Below, one piece after another: positions 1-11,277 of a stretch of 32,000 nt of DNA. The notes beneath the pieces are model-generated. The model saw nothing but the letters and a program-made list of their open reading frames with translations, had not been told where the DNA came from and made no database searches. This stretch comes from Bacillus subtilis subsp. subtilis str. 168 (GTDB lineage: Bacteria > Bacillota > Bacilli > Bacillales > Bacillaceae), in assembly GCF_000009045.1 (NCBI RefSeq), contig NC_000964.3, positions 1,680,001-1,712,000 of the forward strand. The letters are read 5' to 3'. Position 1 is the first letter of the stretch. Each line of letters begins with the position of its first letter. The position numbers and the translations under genes were made by a program.

Positions 1-258
1 AAAGCTGTTGCTCTCCATTATGACGAACAAAAAGACAAGGCGCCGAGAGTGATTGCCACAGGGAAGGGCCATGTAGCTGACAACATTATAAAAGAAGCGA
101 AAAAAGCAGGGGTCCCGATTCAAGAAGATCGGACCCTTGTCGAATTAATGCGCCATTTGACGGTAGATGATCAAATTCCTGAAGCTCTTTATGAAACGGT
201 AGCCGAGATTTTTTCATTCATTTACAAATTGGACGAAAGCGTAAAAAACAAAAAATAG
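1..258 (+). CDS. ylqH: FlhB C-terminal-domain-like protein YlqH, 5' end outside the window
   Basis: The open frame runs from base 1 (KAVALHYDEQKDKAPRVIATGKGHVADNI...) to TAA at 258. The ORF-track start at 49 (GTG) is internal. It resembles the FlhB C-terminal domain encoded later in the window. Confidence 0.9.
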   Translation, partial: KAVALHYDEQKDKAPRVIATGKGHVADNIIKEAKKAGVPIQEDRTLVELMRHLTVDDQIPEALYETVAEIFSFIYKLDESVKNKK

Positions 259-351
259 CTAAAATATTCCCCATCCTTCTTTGAAATTTATGTTTTTAAT
301 AAAGTAAAAGTTTGAATGTTTAGAAGGATTAAAAGATTTTGCATCGAACTG

Positions 352-379
352 TAGACAATTCTTCCAGTATTATTATAGA
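352..379 (+). promoter_or_regulatory. Candidate sigma-A promoter for sucCD
   Basis: TAGACA (352-357), 16 nt spacer, TATAGA (374-379), about 50 nt upstream of the sucC ATG. Weak consensus match. Confidence 0.3.
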
Positions 380-430
380 ATGAAAGCGCAGTCTATTTTA
401 GTTTTGTTACATAAGTTAGGAGGATGGGAA

Positions 431-1588
<1,158 letters not shown>

Positions 1589-1616
1589 GAAAGAATGAAA
1601 GGCAGGGGACCAAATA

Positions 1617-2519
1617 ATGAGTGTTTTCATTAATAAAGATACAAGAGTTATTGTGCAAGGGATTACAGGTTCTACCGCTTTATTTCATACGAAGCAGATG
1701 CTTGAATACGGCACAAATATCGTTGGCGGTGTAACACCTGGAAAAGGCGGAACAGAAGCGGAAGGTGTTCCTGTATTTAATACAGTGGCTGAAGCAGTTC
1801 AAACAACCGGCGCTAACGCGTCTGTTATATATGTGCCCGCACCGTTTGCAGCTGATGCGATTATGGAAGCGGTAGATGCGGAGCTTGATCTCGTGATTTG
1901 TATCACAGAACATATCCCGGTTTTGGATATGGTGAAGGTCAAACGCTTCATGGAAGGCAAGAAAACGAGACTGATAGGGCCGAACTGTCCTGGTGTCATT
2001 ACGCCTGAAGAATGTAAAATCGGCATTATGCCCGGATACATCCATAAAAAGGGTCATGTAGGCGTTGTATCACGTTCAGGAACATTAACATACGAAGCGG
2101 TGCACCAGCTCTCAGAAGCGGGTGTAGGGCAATCTACAGCTGTTGGAATCGGCGGCGACCCTGTAAATGGAACAAACTTTATTGACGTTTTAAAAGCGTT
2201 TAACGAAGATCCTGACACACACGCAGTCATCATGATTGGCGAAATCGGCGGTACGGCCGAAGAGGAAGCGGCAGAGTGGGTAAAAGCCAACATGACAAAA
2301 CCGGTAGTCGGTTTTATTGGCGGTAAAACAGCACCTCCTGGGAAGCGCATGGGGCATGCAGGCGCCATTATTTCCGGCGGGAAAGGGACAGCTGATGAAA
2401 AAATCAAAACCCTTAATGCATGCGGAATCGAAGTTGCAGAGACACCTTCTGTCATGGGTGAAACCTTAATCAAGGTGCTGAAAGAGAAGAACTTGTTCGA
2501 AACTTGTAAAACGCATTAA
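1617..2519 (+). CDS. sucD: Succinyl-CoA synthetase alpha subunit
   Basis: [28 protein letters not shown]..., [17 protein letters not shown] with the active-site His motif. SD ggcaggggac is upstream. Confidence 0.97.
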   Translation: MSVFINKDTRVIVQGITGSTALFHTKQMLEYGTNIVGGVTPGKGGTEAEGVPVFNTVAEAVQTTGANASVIYVPAPFAADAIMEAVDAELDLVICITEHIPVLDMVKVKRFMEGKKTRLIGPNCPGVITPEECKIGIMPGYIHKKGHVGVVSRSGTLTYEAVHQLSEAGVGQSTAVGIGGDPVNGTNFIDVLKAFNEDPDTHAVIMIGEIGGTAEEEAAEWVKANMTKPVVGFIGGKTAPPGKRMGHAGAIISGGKGTADEKIKTLNACGIEVAETPSVMGETLIKVLKEKNLFETCKTH

Positions 2520-2520
2520 T

Positions 2521-2558
2521 AAAAAAGGGACAGCCGTCAAGGCTGTTCCTGCTTTTTC
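2521..2558 (+). terminator. Intrinsic terminator after sucD
   Basis: GGGACAGCC-gtcaa-GGCTGTTCC stem-loop (one G-U pair) followed by tgcttttt. Confidence 0.85.
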
Positions 2559-2579
2559 TAACAAAAGGAGGTCAATCTA

Positions 2580-3473
2580 TTGGATCAGGCCGCTGTCTGC
2601 CTAACGATTTGCAGAATCAATCAATTATTATCCCCATCCCTTCTATTAAAATGGTGGAAAGCCGATCCGTCTATGTCGCTGACATCACCCGTGTTACAAA
2701 CGGTTACTCGTGATCAAATAAAAGCAGCTGCATTAAAAAACGAAATAGAACAATTTTATCCAAAGCTCCCGCGTGTACTTGCTGCTTATCGTGAGCAAGG
2801 CATTAACACCATCCCTATTTCTTCAAAGCAATATCCTTTCTGGCTTAAAAGCATTTATGATCCCCCTGCCGTACTGTTTGCAAAAGGTGATATGACTCTT
2901 CTTTCGAAAGGGAGAAAAATTGGAATTGTAGGCACAAGAAATCCAACAGCTTATGGGAAACAAGTTGTCAATCATCTTACAAAAGAGATCTGTCGTAAAG
3001 GTTGGGTGATTGTCAGCGGACTGGCGTCTGGGATAGACGGAATGTCCCATGCTGCAAGTATTAAGGCGAAGGGGCGGACAATTGGCGTCATTGCAGGCGG
3101 ATTTCAACACATTTATCCCCGAGAAAACCTTCAGTTAGCAGATCACATGGCTAAACACCATATCCTGCTGTCAGAGCACCCACCTGAAACTAAACCCCAA
3201 AAATGGCATTTCCCTATGAGAAACCGTATTATCAGCGGACTAAGTGAAGGCGTTATTGTCGTTCAGGGCAAAGAAAAAAGCGGTTCGCTGATTACTGCCT
3301 ATCAAGCATTGGAACAAGGGAGAGAGGTATTTGCCGTACCCGGTTCATTGTTTGACCCTTACGCCGGAGGTCCTATAAAACTGATCCAGCAGGGGGCTAA
3401 AGCCATATGGTCAGCAGAGGATATTTTCGAGGAACTTCCTGAGAGAAACGTTCAATATACGGAACCCTTTTGA
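2580..3473 (+). CDS. dprA: DNA processing protein DprA/Smf
   Basis: TTG start after SD aaaggagg. Rossmann-like core with GIVGTRNPTAYG, SGLASGIDGMSH, FPMRNRIISGLSEGVIVVQ. Confidence 0.95.
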   Translation: MDQAAVCLTICRINQLLSPSLLLKWWKADPSMSLTSPVLQTVTRDQIKAAALKNEIEQFYPKLPRVLAAYREQGINTIPISSKQYPFWLKSIYDPPAVLFAKGDMTLLSKGRKIGIVGTRNPTAYGKQVVNHLTKEICRKGWVIVSGLASGIDGMSHAASIKAKGRTIGVIAGGFQHIYPRENLQLADHMAKHHILLSEHPPETKPQKWHFPMRNRIISGLSEGVIVVQGKEKSGSLITAYQALEQGREVFAVPGSLFDPYAGGPIKLIQQGAKAIWSAEDIFEELPERNVQYTEPF

Positions 3474-3481
3474 ATTATCGT

Positions 3482-3510
3482 TTGACAAACGGTATTGTAA
3501 TATTTAATAA
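3482..3510 (+). promoter_or_regulatory. Candidate sigma-A promoter for topA
   Basis: TTGACA (3482-3487), 17 nt spacer, TAATAA (3505-3510) in the dprA-topA intergenic region. Confidence 0.5.
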
Positions 3511-3660
3511 TAGTGAGGATTTAAAGTTGCATATTGTTTTCTATTTAATTAATGACGTTCATGATAAAGAATGAAATGTTGAAAGCCAAATAAAGACAGC
3601 TGCAAAAATAAAATTGAAATATCTTGAAAAGAGAGAGAACACCTCTTGAGGGGGATGAAA

Positions 3661-5736
3661 ATGTCTGATTATCTAGTCATCGTGGAATCGCCCGCTAAGG
3701 CGAAAACGATTGAACGTTACTTAGGTAAAAAATATAAAGTAAAAGCATCAATGGGACATGTCCGGGATCTTCCAAAAAGTCAAATGGGAGTTGACATAGA
3801 ACAGAATTTTGAACCGAAATATATTACCATTCGAGGTAAAGGCCCGGTATTAAAAGAGCTGAAAACGGCTGCGAAAAAAGCCAAAAAAGTGTATCTCGCA
3901 GCTGACCCCGACAGAGAAGGGGAAGCGATTGCATGGCATTTGGCACACAGTCTTGATTTAGATCTCAACTCAGACTGCCGTGTGGTGTTTAACGAAATTA
4001 CAAAAGACGCTATTAAGGAATCGTTTAAGCATCCCCGCATGATCAATATGGATTTAGTGGATGCACAGCAAGCGAGACGTATTTTAGACAGGCTTGTCGG
4101 ATATAAAATCAGTCCAATCTTATGGAAAAAAGTCAAAAAAGGGCTTAGCGCAGGACGCGTGCAATCCGTTGCCCTCCGTTTGATTATTGACCGTGAAAAA
4201 GAGATTAACGACTTTAAGCCTGAGGAATATTGGACAATTGACGGTACGTTCTTAAAAGGTCAAGAAACCTTTGAAGCGAGCTTTTTCGGGAAAAACGGCA
4301 AAAAACTTCCTTTAAATAGTGAAGCTGATGTAAAAGAGATTCTTTCTCAGCTCAAAGGGAATCAATATACAGTTGAAAAAGTAACCAAAAAGGAACGCAA
4401 ACGTAATCCTGCTTTGCCTTTTACCACTTCTACCCTGCAGCAGGAAGCGGCTCGCAAGCTCAATTTCAGAGCGAAGAAAACGATGATGATTGCACAGCAA
4501 TTATATGAAGGAATTGATTTAGGAAGAGAAGGAACGGTTGGTCTGATCACGTATATGAGAACGGATTCAACCCGTATTTCAAATACGGCTGTTGATGAAG
4601 CAGCTGCATTTATTGATCAGACATATGGAAAAGAGTTCCTAGGCGGAAAACGGAAGCCTGCGAAAAAGAATGAAAATGCCCAGGATGCCCACGAAGCAAT
4701 TCGGCCGACATCAGTTCTTAGAAAACCAAGTGAATTAAAAGCAGTCCTCGGCAGAGACCAAATGAGACTGTATAAATTAATTTGGGAGCGTTTTGTTGCC
4801 AGCCAAATGGCACCGGCTGTTCTCGATACAATGAGTGTCGACCTGACAAACAACGGTTTGACATTTCGTGCAAATGGAAGTAAAGTCAAGTTTTCCGGGT
4901 TTATGAAGGTGTATGTTGAAGGAAAAGACGATCAAATGGAAGAAAAAGACCGGATGCTGCCTGACTTACAAGAAGGCGACACGGTATTATCAAAAGATAT
5001 AGAACCTGAGCAGCATTTTACCCAGCCGCCTCCGCGATATACTGAGGCCCGGCTTGTTAAAACCCTTGAAGAACGCGGTATCGGCCGTCCATCCACATAT
5101 GCTCCGACACTTGATACTATTCAGCGGCGCGGCTACGTGGCATTGGATAATAAACGTTTCGTTCCGACTGAATTAGGTCAGATCGTTCTTGACTTGATCA
5201 TGGAGTTTTTCCCTGAGATCATTAACGTTGAGTTTACAGCTAAAATGGAGAGAGATCTTGATCATGTTGAAGAAGGAAATACCGAATGGGTCAAGATTAT
5301 CGATAATTTCTACACCGATTTTGAAAAACGCGTCAAAAAAGCCGAATCGGAAATGAAGGAAGTTGAGATTGAACCAGAGTATGCTGGAGAGGATTGTGAA
5401 TTGTGCAGTTCTCCAATGGTATATAAAATGGGACGGTACGGTAAATTCTTAGCTTGCTCCAACTTCCCTGACTGCCGGAACACGAAACCGATTGTGAAAC
5501 AAATCGGTGTGAAGTGCCCGAGCTGCGGAGAAGGAAACATTGTTGAGCGAAAATCGAAAAAGAAACGGGTGTTTTACGGCTGTGACCGTTATCCGGACTG
5601 TGAATTCGTATCATGGGACAAACCAATTGAACGAAAATGCCCGAAATGCGGAAAAATGCTCGTCGAGAAAAAACTCAAAAAAGGTATACAAGTCCAATGC
5701 GTGGAATGCGATTATAAGGAAGAACCACAGAAGTAG
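3661..5736 (+). CDS. topA: DNA topoisomerase I
   Basis: [22 protein letters not shown]..., active-site region [12 protein letters not shown], three C-terminal Cys4 zinc-ribbon motifs. SD gaggggg precedes ATG 3661. Confidence 0.97.
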   Translation: MSDYLVIVESPAKAKTIERYLGKKYKVKASMGHVRDLPKSQMGVDIEQNFEPKYITIRGKGPVLKELKTAAKKAKKVYLAADPDREGEAIAWHLAHSLDLDLNSDCRVVFNEITKDAIKESFKHPRMINMDLVDAQQARRILDRLVGYKISPILWKKVKKGLSAGRVQSVALRLIIDREKEINDFKPEEYWTIDGTFLKGQETFEASFFGKNGKKLPLNSEADVKEILSQLKGNQYTVEKVTKKERKRNPALPFTTSTLQQEAARKLNFRAKKTMMIAQQLYEGIDLGREGTVGLITYMRTDSTRISNTAVDEAAAFIDQTYGKEFLGGKRKPAKKNENAQDAHEAIRPTSVLRKPSELKAVLGRDQMRLYKLIWERFVASQMAPAVLDTMSVDLTNNGLTFRANGSKVKFSGFMKVYVEGKDDQMEEKDRMLPDLQEGDTVLSKDIEPEQHFTQPPPRYTEARLVKTLEERGIGRPSTYAPTLDTIQRRGYVALDNKRFVPTELGQIVLDLIMEFFPEIINVEFTAKMERDLDHVEEGNTEWVKIIDNFYTDFEKRVKKAESEMKEVEIEPEYAGEDCELCSSPMVYKMGRYGKFLACSNFPDCRNTKPIVKQIGVKCPSCGEGNIVERKSKKKRVFYGCDRYPDCEFVSWDKPIERKCPKCGKMLVEKKLKKGIQVQCVECDYKEEPQK

Positions 5737-5737
5737 C

Positions 5738-5765
5738 GGTGAGCAGGGTCTTGCTCACCTTCTTT
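5738..5765 (+). terminator. Possible weak terminator or attenuator between topA and trmFO
   Basis: Perfect 8-bp stem GGTGAGCA-gggtct-TGCTCACC followed by a poor U tract (ttctttg). Confidence 0.45.
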
Positions 5766-5811
5766 GTGTGTTAAAAGAAGGCCTTGAATAATAAACTAGG
5801 AGATGTGAAAG

Positions 5812-7119
5812 ATGAACCAACAAACAGTGAATGTAATCGGAGCCGGACTCGCAGGAAGTGAAGCAGCATGGCAGCTTGCCAAACGTGGGATTCAAGTCAA
5901 ATTGTATGAAATGCGGCCAGTTAAACAAACGCCTGCGCATCATACAGATAAATTTGCTGAGCTTGTCTGCAGCAACTCTCTTCGCTCTAATACACTTGCT
6001 AACGCTGTCGGTGTATTAAAGGAAGAAATGCGTGCGCTTGATTCAGCCATTATCGCTGCGGCTGACGAATGTTCGGTGCCTGCCGGGGGCGCTCTTGCAG
6101 TAGACCGTCATGAATTTGCCGCAAGTGTGACAAATCGGGTGAAAAATCATCCAAACGTAACCGTTATTAATGAAGAAGTGACTGAAATTCCTGAAGGCCC
6201 TACTATCATCGCAACGGGTCCGTTAACATCTGAATCGCTGTCTGCCCAGCTGAAGGAGCTGACTGGAGAGGACTATTTATATTTTTATGACGCAGCGGCG
6301 CCAATTGTAGAAAAAGACAGCCTTGATATGGATAAAGTGTACCTGAAATCCCGTTATGATAAAGGTGAAGCAGCATATTTGAACTGCCCGATGACAGAAG
6401 AAGAGTTTGACCGTTTTCATGAAGCATTAACATCAGCAGAAACAGTGCCGTTAAAAGAATTTGAAAAAGAGATTTTCTTTGAAGGCTGCATGCCGATTGA
6501 AGTCATGGCAAAACGGGGTAAGAAAACAATGCTTTTCGGTCCGATGAAACCAGTTGGTCTAGAGCATCCTGTTACAGGAAAACGCCCTTATGCCGTCGTT
6601 CAGCTCAGACAGGATGATGCTGCGGGAACACTTTATAATATTGTAGGATTCCAGACACATTTAAAATGGGGAGACCAAAAGGAAGTTCTCAAGTTGATTC
6701 CAGGACTTGAAAATGTAGAAATCGTCAGATATGGCGTGATGCATAGAAACACATTTATTAACTCTCCAAGCCTGTTAAAGCCGACTTATCAATTTAAAAA
6801 CCGCAGTGATCTGTTCTTTGCAGGCCAAATGACGGGAGTAGAAGGATATGTGGAATCAGCTGCCTCAGGACTTGTAGCAGGCATTAATGCGGCGAAGCTT
6901 GTATTGGGAGAAGAGCTTGTGATCTTCCCTCAGGAAACAGCAATTGGCAGTATGGCACATTATATTACAACAACAAACCAGAAGAACTTCCAGCCGATGA
7001 ATGCAAACTTTGGGCTTTTGAAAGAATTGCCAGTTAAAATTAAAAATAAAAAAGAACGAAATGAACAATACGCGAACCGTGCGATTGAAACAATTCAAAC
7101 AATTTCGAAAACAATATAG
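5812..7119 (+). CDS. trmFO: FAD/folate-dependent tRNA (uracil-54-C5)-methyltransferase
   Basis: [26 protein letters not shown] (FAD-binding), [27 protein letters not shown]. Confidence 0.96.
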   Translation: MNQQTVNVIGAGLAGSEAAWQLAKRGIQVKLYEMRPVKQTPAHHTDKFAELVCSNSLRSNTLANAVGVLKEEMRALDSAIIAAADECSVPAGGALAVDRHEFAASVTNRVKNHPNVTVINEEVTEIPEGPTIIATGPLTSESLSAQLKELTGEDYLYFYDAAAPIVEKDSLDMDKVYLKSRYDKGEAAYLNCPMTEEEFDRFHEALTSAETVPLKEFEKEIFFEGCMPIEVMAKRGKKTMLFGPMKPVGLEHPVTGKRPYAVVQLRQDDAAGTLYNIVGFQTHLKWGDQKEVLKLIPGLENVEIVRYGVMHRNTFINSPSLLKPTYQFKNRSDLFFAGQMTGVEGYVESAASGLVAGINAAKLVLGEELVIFPQETAIGSMAHYITTTNQKNFQPMNANFGLLKELPVKIKNKKERNEQYANRAIETIQTISKTI

Positions 7120-7126
7120 GTATTGA

Positions 7127-7156
7127 TTGCAACCTGAGCGCGATTTGTGATACCAT
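7127..7156 (+). promoter_or_regulatory. Candidate sigma-A promoter for the codV-clpQ-clpY-codY operon
   Basis: TTGCAA (7127-7132), 18 nt spacer, TACCAT (7151-7156), about 30 nt upstream of ATG 7187. Only 4/6 match in each hexamer. Confidence 0.3.
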
Positions 7157-7186
7157 TTAAAAGCCCTTCCTGGGGAGGTATTAGGC

Positions 7187-8101
7187 ATGGAGAATGTTAA
7201 GAATTTCGTAAAGTTATTCGTTGAATATTTACAAATTGAAAAAAATTATTCACAATATACTATTGTGAATTATGTGGATTCAATTGAAGAATTCGAGACT
7301 TTCCTGCGCGTTCAAGGTATAAATGGATTTGAAGAAGCTGCATATCAAGATACTAGGATTTTTTTGACAGAAGCCTATGAAAAAGGTTTATCGAGAAGAA
7401 CAATAAGCAAAAAGATATCTGCATTAAGAAGCTTTTATAAGTTTCTGATGCGGGAAAAGCTTATTGAAGAAAATCCGTTTCAGCTTGTTCATCTGCCAAA
7501 ACAGGAGAAACGGATACCGAAGTTTCTATATCAAAAAGAGCTTGAGGAGCTGTTTGAAGTTTCAGATATAAGCCAGCCGGCCGGAATGAGGGATCAAGCG
7601 CTGTTAGAGCTGCTCTATGCCACTGGAATGAGGGTCAGTGAATGCTGTTCCATAACTATTAACGACGTTGATTTATTTATGGACACTGTGCTTGTTCACG
7701 GTAAAGGCAAGAAGCAGCGCTATATCCCCTTTGGGTCTTATGCCCGCGAAGCGTTGAAGGTATACATGAATAGCGGAAGACAGTGCTTGCTGATGAAGGC
7801 AAAAGAACCTCATGATCTATTATTCGTAAATCAAAGAGGCGGACCGCTTACAGCCCGTGGCATCAGACATATTTTAAGCGGGCTTGTTCAAAAAGCGTCA
7901 AGCACTTTACATATCCATCCGCATATGCTTCGACATACGTTCGCCACGCATCTGTTAAATGAAGGAGCGGATTTGAGAAGCGTTCAAGAACTGCTCGGGC
8001 ATTCCAATCTGTCTTCTACACAGATATACACGCACGTTTCGAAGGAAATGTTGAGAAACACATATATGTCTCACCATCCAAGAGCATTTAAGAAAAATTA
8101 A
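7187..8101 (+). CDS. xerC: Tyrosine recombinase XerC (CodV)
   Basis: Tyrosine-recombinase catalytic residues in LLYATGMRVSE, HPHMLRHTFATHLL, LGHSNLSSTQIYTHV. Confidence 0.94.
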   Translation: MENVKNFVKLFVEYLQIEKNYSQYTIVNYVDSIEEFETFLRVQGINGFEEAAYQDTRIFLTEAYEKGLSRRTISKKISALRSFYKFLMREKLIEENPFQLVHLPKQEKRIPKFLYQKELEELFEVSDISQPAGMRDQALLELLYATGMRVSECCSITINDVDLFMDTVLVHGKGKKQRYIPFGSYAREALKVYMNSGRQCLLMKAKEPHDLLFVNQRGGPLTARGIRHILSGLVQKASSTLHIHPHMLRHTFATHLLNEGADLRSVQELLGHSNLSSTQIYTHVSKEMLRNTYMSHHPRAFKKN

Positions 8102-8113
8102 AGGAGGCCCTTT

Positions 8114-8659
8114 ATGTCATCTTTTCATGCGACCACAATATTTGCCGTACAGCATAAAGGACGAAGCGCTATGTCCGGAGACGGCCAAGTAACATTTGGT
8201 CAGGCTGTTGTCATGAAACACACGGCACGGAAAGTGAGAAAACTGTTTAACGGCAAAGTTCTTGCTGGTTTTGCGGGATCTGTTGCAGACGCTTTCACTT
8301 TATTCGAAAAGTTTGAAGCTAAGCTTGAAGAATATAACGGCAACTTAAAACGGGCGGCTGTTGAGCTTGCAAAGGAATGGCGCAGTGATAAAGTGCTAAG
8401 AAAGCTCGAAGCCATGCTGATTGTTATGAATCAGGATACTTTGCTTCTCGTATCGGGAACAGGCGAGGTGATCGAACCAGATGACGGCATTCTCGCGATT
8501 GGATCAGGAGGCAATTACGCTTTGGCAGCGGGAAGAGCACTGAAAAAGCATGCCGGGGAAAGCATGTCTGCAAGTGAGATTGCCAGAGCCGCGTTAGAAA
8601 CAGCAGGCGAAATTTGTGTTTACACGAACGATCAAATCATACTGGAAGAGCTTGAATAG
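8114..8659 (+). CDS. clpQ: ATP-dependent protease proteolytic subunit ClpQ/HslV (CodW)
   Basis: [29 protein letters not shown]...; [16 protein letters not shown] aaggagg. Followed directly by clpY. Confidence 0.95.
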   Translation: MSSFHATTIFAVQHKGRSAMSGDGQVTFGQAVVMKHTARKVRKLFNGKVLAGFAGSVADAFTLFEKFEAKLEEYNGNLKRAAVELAKEWRSDKVLRKLEAMLIVMNQDTLLLVSGTGEVIEPDDGILAIGSGGNYALAAGRALKKHAGESMSASEIARAALETAGEICVYTNDQIILEELE

Positions 8660-8675
8660 AAAGGACTTGAGGCGC

Positions 8676-10079
8676 ATGGAAAAAAAACCGTTAACTCCTA
8701 GACAGATTGTAGATCGGTTAGACCAATATATTGTCGGTCAGCAAAATGCGAAAAAAGCTGTCGCCGTGGCATTAAGAAACCGCTATAGAAGAAGTCTTCT
8801 GGATGAAAAGCTGAAGGACGAGGTCGTTCCGAAAAACATTTTAATGATGGGTCCTACCGGCGTCGGGAAAACTGAAATTGCCAGACGAATCGCTAAGCTT
8901 TCAGGTGCGCCATTTATCAAAATTGAAGCTACTAAATTTACCGAAGTCGGCTATGTAGGCAGAGATGTTGAATCAATGGTCAGAGATCTTGTGGAGACTT
9001 CTGTTCGGCTTATAAAAGAAGAGAAAATGAATGAAGTAAAGGAACAGGCAGAAGAAAATGCAAACAAACGCATTGTTCGTCTGTTAGTTCCTGGGAAGAA
9101 AAAACAATCTGGTGTTAAAAATCCGTTTGAAATGTTTTTTGGAGGCAGCCAGCCGAATGGTGAAGATGAGGCGGAGAGCCAGGAAGAAGCAAACATCGAA
9201 GAAAAAAGAAAACGAATGGCGCATCAGCTGGCTTTAGGAGAGCTCGAAGACTACTATGTAACAGTAGAAGTCGAAGAACAGCAGCCTTCTATGTTTGACA
9301 TGCTGCAGGGCTCGGGTATGGAGCAGATGGGTATGAACATGCAGGATGCGCTGAGCGGATTAATGCCAAAGAAAAAGAAGCGGCGCAAAATGACAGTCAG
9401 AGAAGCCAGAAAAGTCCTGACGAATGAAGAAGCAAGCAAACTCATCGATATGGATGAAGTCGGCCAGGAAGCTGTTCAGAGAGCAGAAGAGAGCGGGATT
9501 ATCTTTATCGATGAGATTGATAAAATCGCAAAGAACGGCGGTGCATCTTCTTCTGCCGATGTTTCAAGAGAAGGTGTTCAGCGGGATATCCTTCCGATTG
9601 TTGAAGGTTCTACCGTTGTCACAAAATATGGTTCTGTAAAAACAGACCATGTATTATTTATTGCAGCAGGAGCGTTTCATATGGCCAAACCGTCTGATTT
9701 GATTCCTGAGCTGCAGGGGCGTTTCCCGATTCGTGTAGAACTGAACAAACTCACGGTAGACGACTTCGTGAGAATTTTGGTTGAGCCGGATAATGCGCTG
9801 CTGAAACAATATCAGGCATTATTGCAGACAGAAGGTATATCTCTTGAATTTTCTGACGAAGCTATTCATAAGATTGCTGAAGTTGCTTATCATGTGAACC
9901 AGGACACAGATAATATCGGTGCGAGACGCCTTCATACAATACTTGAACGCCTATTAGAAGATTTGTCGTTTGAAGCTCCAGATGTAACGATGGAGAAAAT
10001 AACGATTACACCACAGTATGTCGAAGAAAAGCTCGGAACGATAGCCAAAAACAAAGATTTAAGTCAATTTATATTGTGA
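8676..10079 (+). CDS. clpY: ATP-dependent protease ATPase subunit ClpY/HslU (CodX)
   Basis: [22 protein letters not shown]..., Walker [14 protein letters not shown], Walker [15 protein letters not shown] 8676 after SD aaggacttgagg; the ORF-track start at 8616 lies inside clpQ. Confidence 0.96.
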   Translation: MEKKPLTPRQIVDRLDQYIVGQQNAKKAVAVALRNRYRRSLLDEKLKDEVVPKNILMMGPTGVGKTEIARRIAKLSGAPFIKIEATKFTEVGYVGRDVESMVRDLVETSVRLIKEEKMNEVKEQAEENANKRIVRLLVPGKKKQSGVKNPFEMFFGGSQPNGEDEAESQEEANIEEKRKRMAHQLALGELEDYYVTVEVEEQQPSMFDMLQGSGMEQMGMNMQDALSGLMPKKKKRRKMTVREARKVLTNEEASKLIDMDEVGQEAVQRAEESGIIFIDEIDKIAKNGGASSSADVSREGVQRDILPIVEGSTVVTKYGSVKTDHVLFIAAGAFHMAKPSDLIPELQGRFPIRVELNKLTVDDFVRILVEPDNALLKQYQALLQTEGISLEFSDEAIHKIAEVAYHVNQDTDNIGARRLHTILERLLEDLSFEAPDVTMEKITITPQYVEEKLGTIAKNKDLSQFIL

Positions 10080-10118
10080 AAAATTTAATATGAGGAATGT
10101 TTAGGAGGATTATTTATC

Positions 10119-10898
10119 ATGGCTTTATTACAAAAAACAAGAATTATTAACTCCATGCTGCAAGCTGCGGCAGGGAAACCGGTAAACTTCAAGGAAATGG
10201 CGGAGACGCTGCGGGATGTAATTGATTCCAATATTTTCGTTGTAAGCCGCAGAGGGAAACTCCTTGGGTATTCAATTAACCAGCAAATTGAAAATGATCG
10301 TATGAAAAAAATGCTTGAGGATCGTCAATTCCCTGAAGAATATACGAAAAATCTGTTTAATGTCCCTGAAACATCTTCTAACTTGGATATTAATAGTGAA
10401 TATACTGCTTTCCCTGTTGAGAACAGAGACCTGTTTCAAGCTGGTTTAACAACAATTGTGCCGATCATCGGAGGCGGGGAAAGATTAGGAACACTTATTC
10501 TTTCGCGTTTACAAGATCAATTCAATGACGATGACTTAATTCTAGCTGAATACGGCGCAACAGTTGTCGGAATGGAAATCCTAAGAGAAAAAGCAGAAGA
10601 AATTGAAGAGGAAGCAAGAAGCAAAGCTGTCGTACAAATGGCTATCAGCTCGCTTTCTTACAGTGAGCTTGAAGCAATTGAGCACATTTTTGAGGAGCTT
10701 GACGGAAATGAAGGTCTTCTTGTTGCAAGTAAAATTGCTGACCGTGTCGGCATTACCCGTTCTGTTATTGTGAACGCACTCAGAAAGCTGGAGAGCGCCG
10801 GTGTTATCGAGTCTAGATCATTAGGAATGAAAGGTACTTATATCAAGGTACTAAACAACAAATTCCTAATTGAATTAGAAAATCTAAAATCTCATTAA
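10119..10898 (+). CDS. codY: GTP/branched-chain-amino-acid-sensing global regulator CodY
   Basis: [31 protein letters not shown]..., C-terminal winged [47 protein letters not shown]. Confidence 0.98.
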
Positions 10899-10901
10899 TC
10901 A

Positions 10902-10935
10902 CAAAAAGAACCCTTTTTGAGGGTTCTTTTTTTAT
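10902..10935 (+). terminator. Intrinsic terminator after codY
   Basis: aaaaaGAACCC-tttttga-GGGTTCttttttt, strong stem plus U tract. Confidence 0.9.
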
Positions 10936-11017
10936 TTCAAATAAAGGAAATCAATAAGCTTTATTTCCTGGGTTGAAAGTCTTTCTATGTAATAATTTTA
11001 ATAAATTTTGCATTTTT

Positions 11018-11044
11018 CTTCAAAAAGTTTCAAAAATGCCGAAA
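11018..11044 (+). promoter_or_regulatory. Candidate sigma-D promoter upstream of flgB (fla/che PD-3-like)
   Basis: GCCGAAAA (11037-11044) resembles the sigma-D -10 (GCCGATAT). TTCA lies 15 nt upstream; the -35 match is poor. Confidence 0.4.
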
Positions 11045-11115
11045 AGAAAGGAGAAAAAACAGAAATTCTGCTATTTTCAGGCTTATATCAAGGCGAGAAA
11101 TGTAGTTCTAACAAT

Positions 11116-11133
11116 CTAGGACTTTATACCTAG
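11116..11133 (+). promoter_or_regulatory. Palindromic element upstream of the fla/che sigma-A-like promoter
   Basis: CTAGG-actttata-CCTAG, perfect 5-bp arms with an 8-nt spacer, about 46 bp upstream of the candidate -35. Confidence 0.45.
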
Positions 11134-11178
11134 TTGCAAAATAGATAATTGTGAGGACATTTTTTTACACGAACTTCA

Positions 11179-11207
11179 TAGACTTTATGCCTGTTATTTC
11201 TTACAAT
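11179..11207 (+). promoter_or_regulatory. Candidate sigma-A promoter of the fla/che operon
   Basis: TAGACT (11179-11184), 17 nt spacer, TACAAT (11202-11207), about 70 nt upstream of flgB. Confidence 0.5.
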
Positions 11208-11277
11208 AAGCATATAGTTTTACAATTCTCGACAAGGATATTGAGGGTGAAAAAAACTGAAATGGAGGTAAGTGGAT

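Noticed and set aside
1680-2057. Minus-strand ORF of 125 aa antisense to sucD
   Set aside because: Another shadow ORF opposite a strongly conserved enzyme gene.
2054-2473. Minus-strand ORF of 139 aa antisense to sucD
   Set aside because: Shadow of the conserved sucD frame; no recognisable domain or initiation signal.
3635-3660. Possible SD-sequestering hairpin (AAGAG...CTCTT) before topA
   Set aside because: Only a 5-bp A/G-rich stem that leaves the gaggggg SD free; too weak to support.
5540-5791. Plus-strand 83-aa ORF overlapping the topA 3' end
   Set aside because: Out-of-frame reading of the zinc-ribbon region. Its cysteines do not form a coherent domain.
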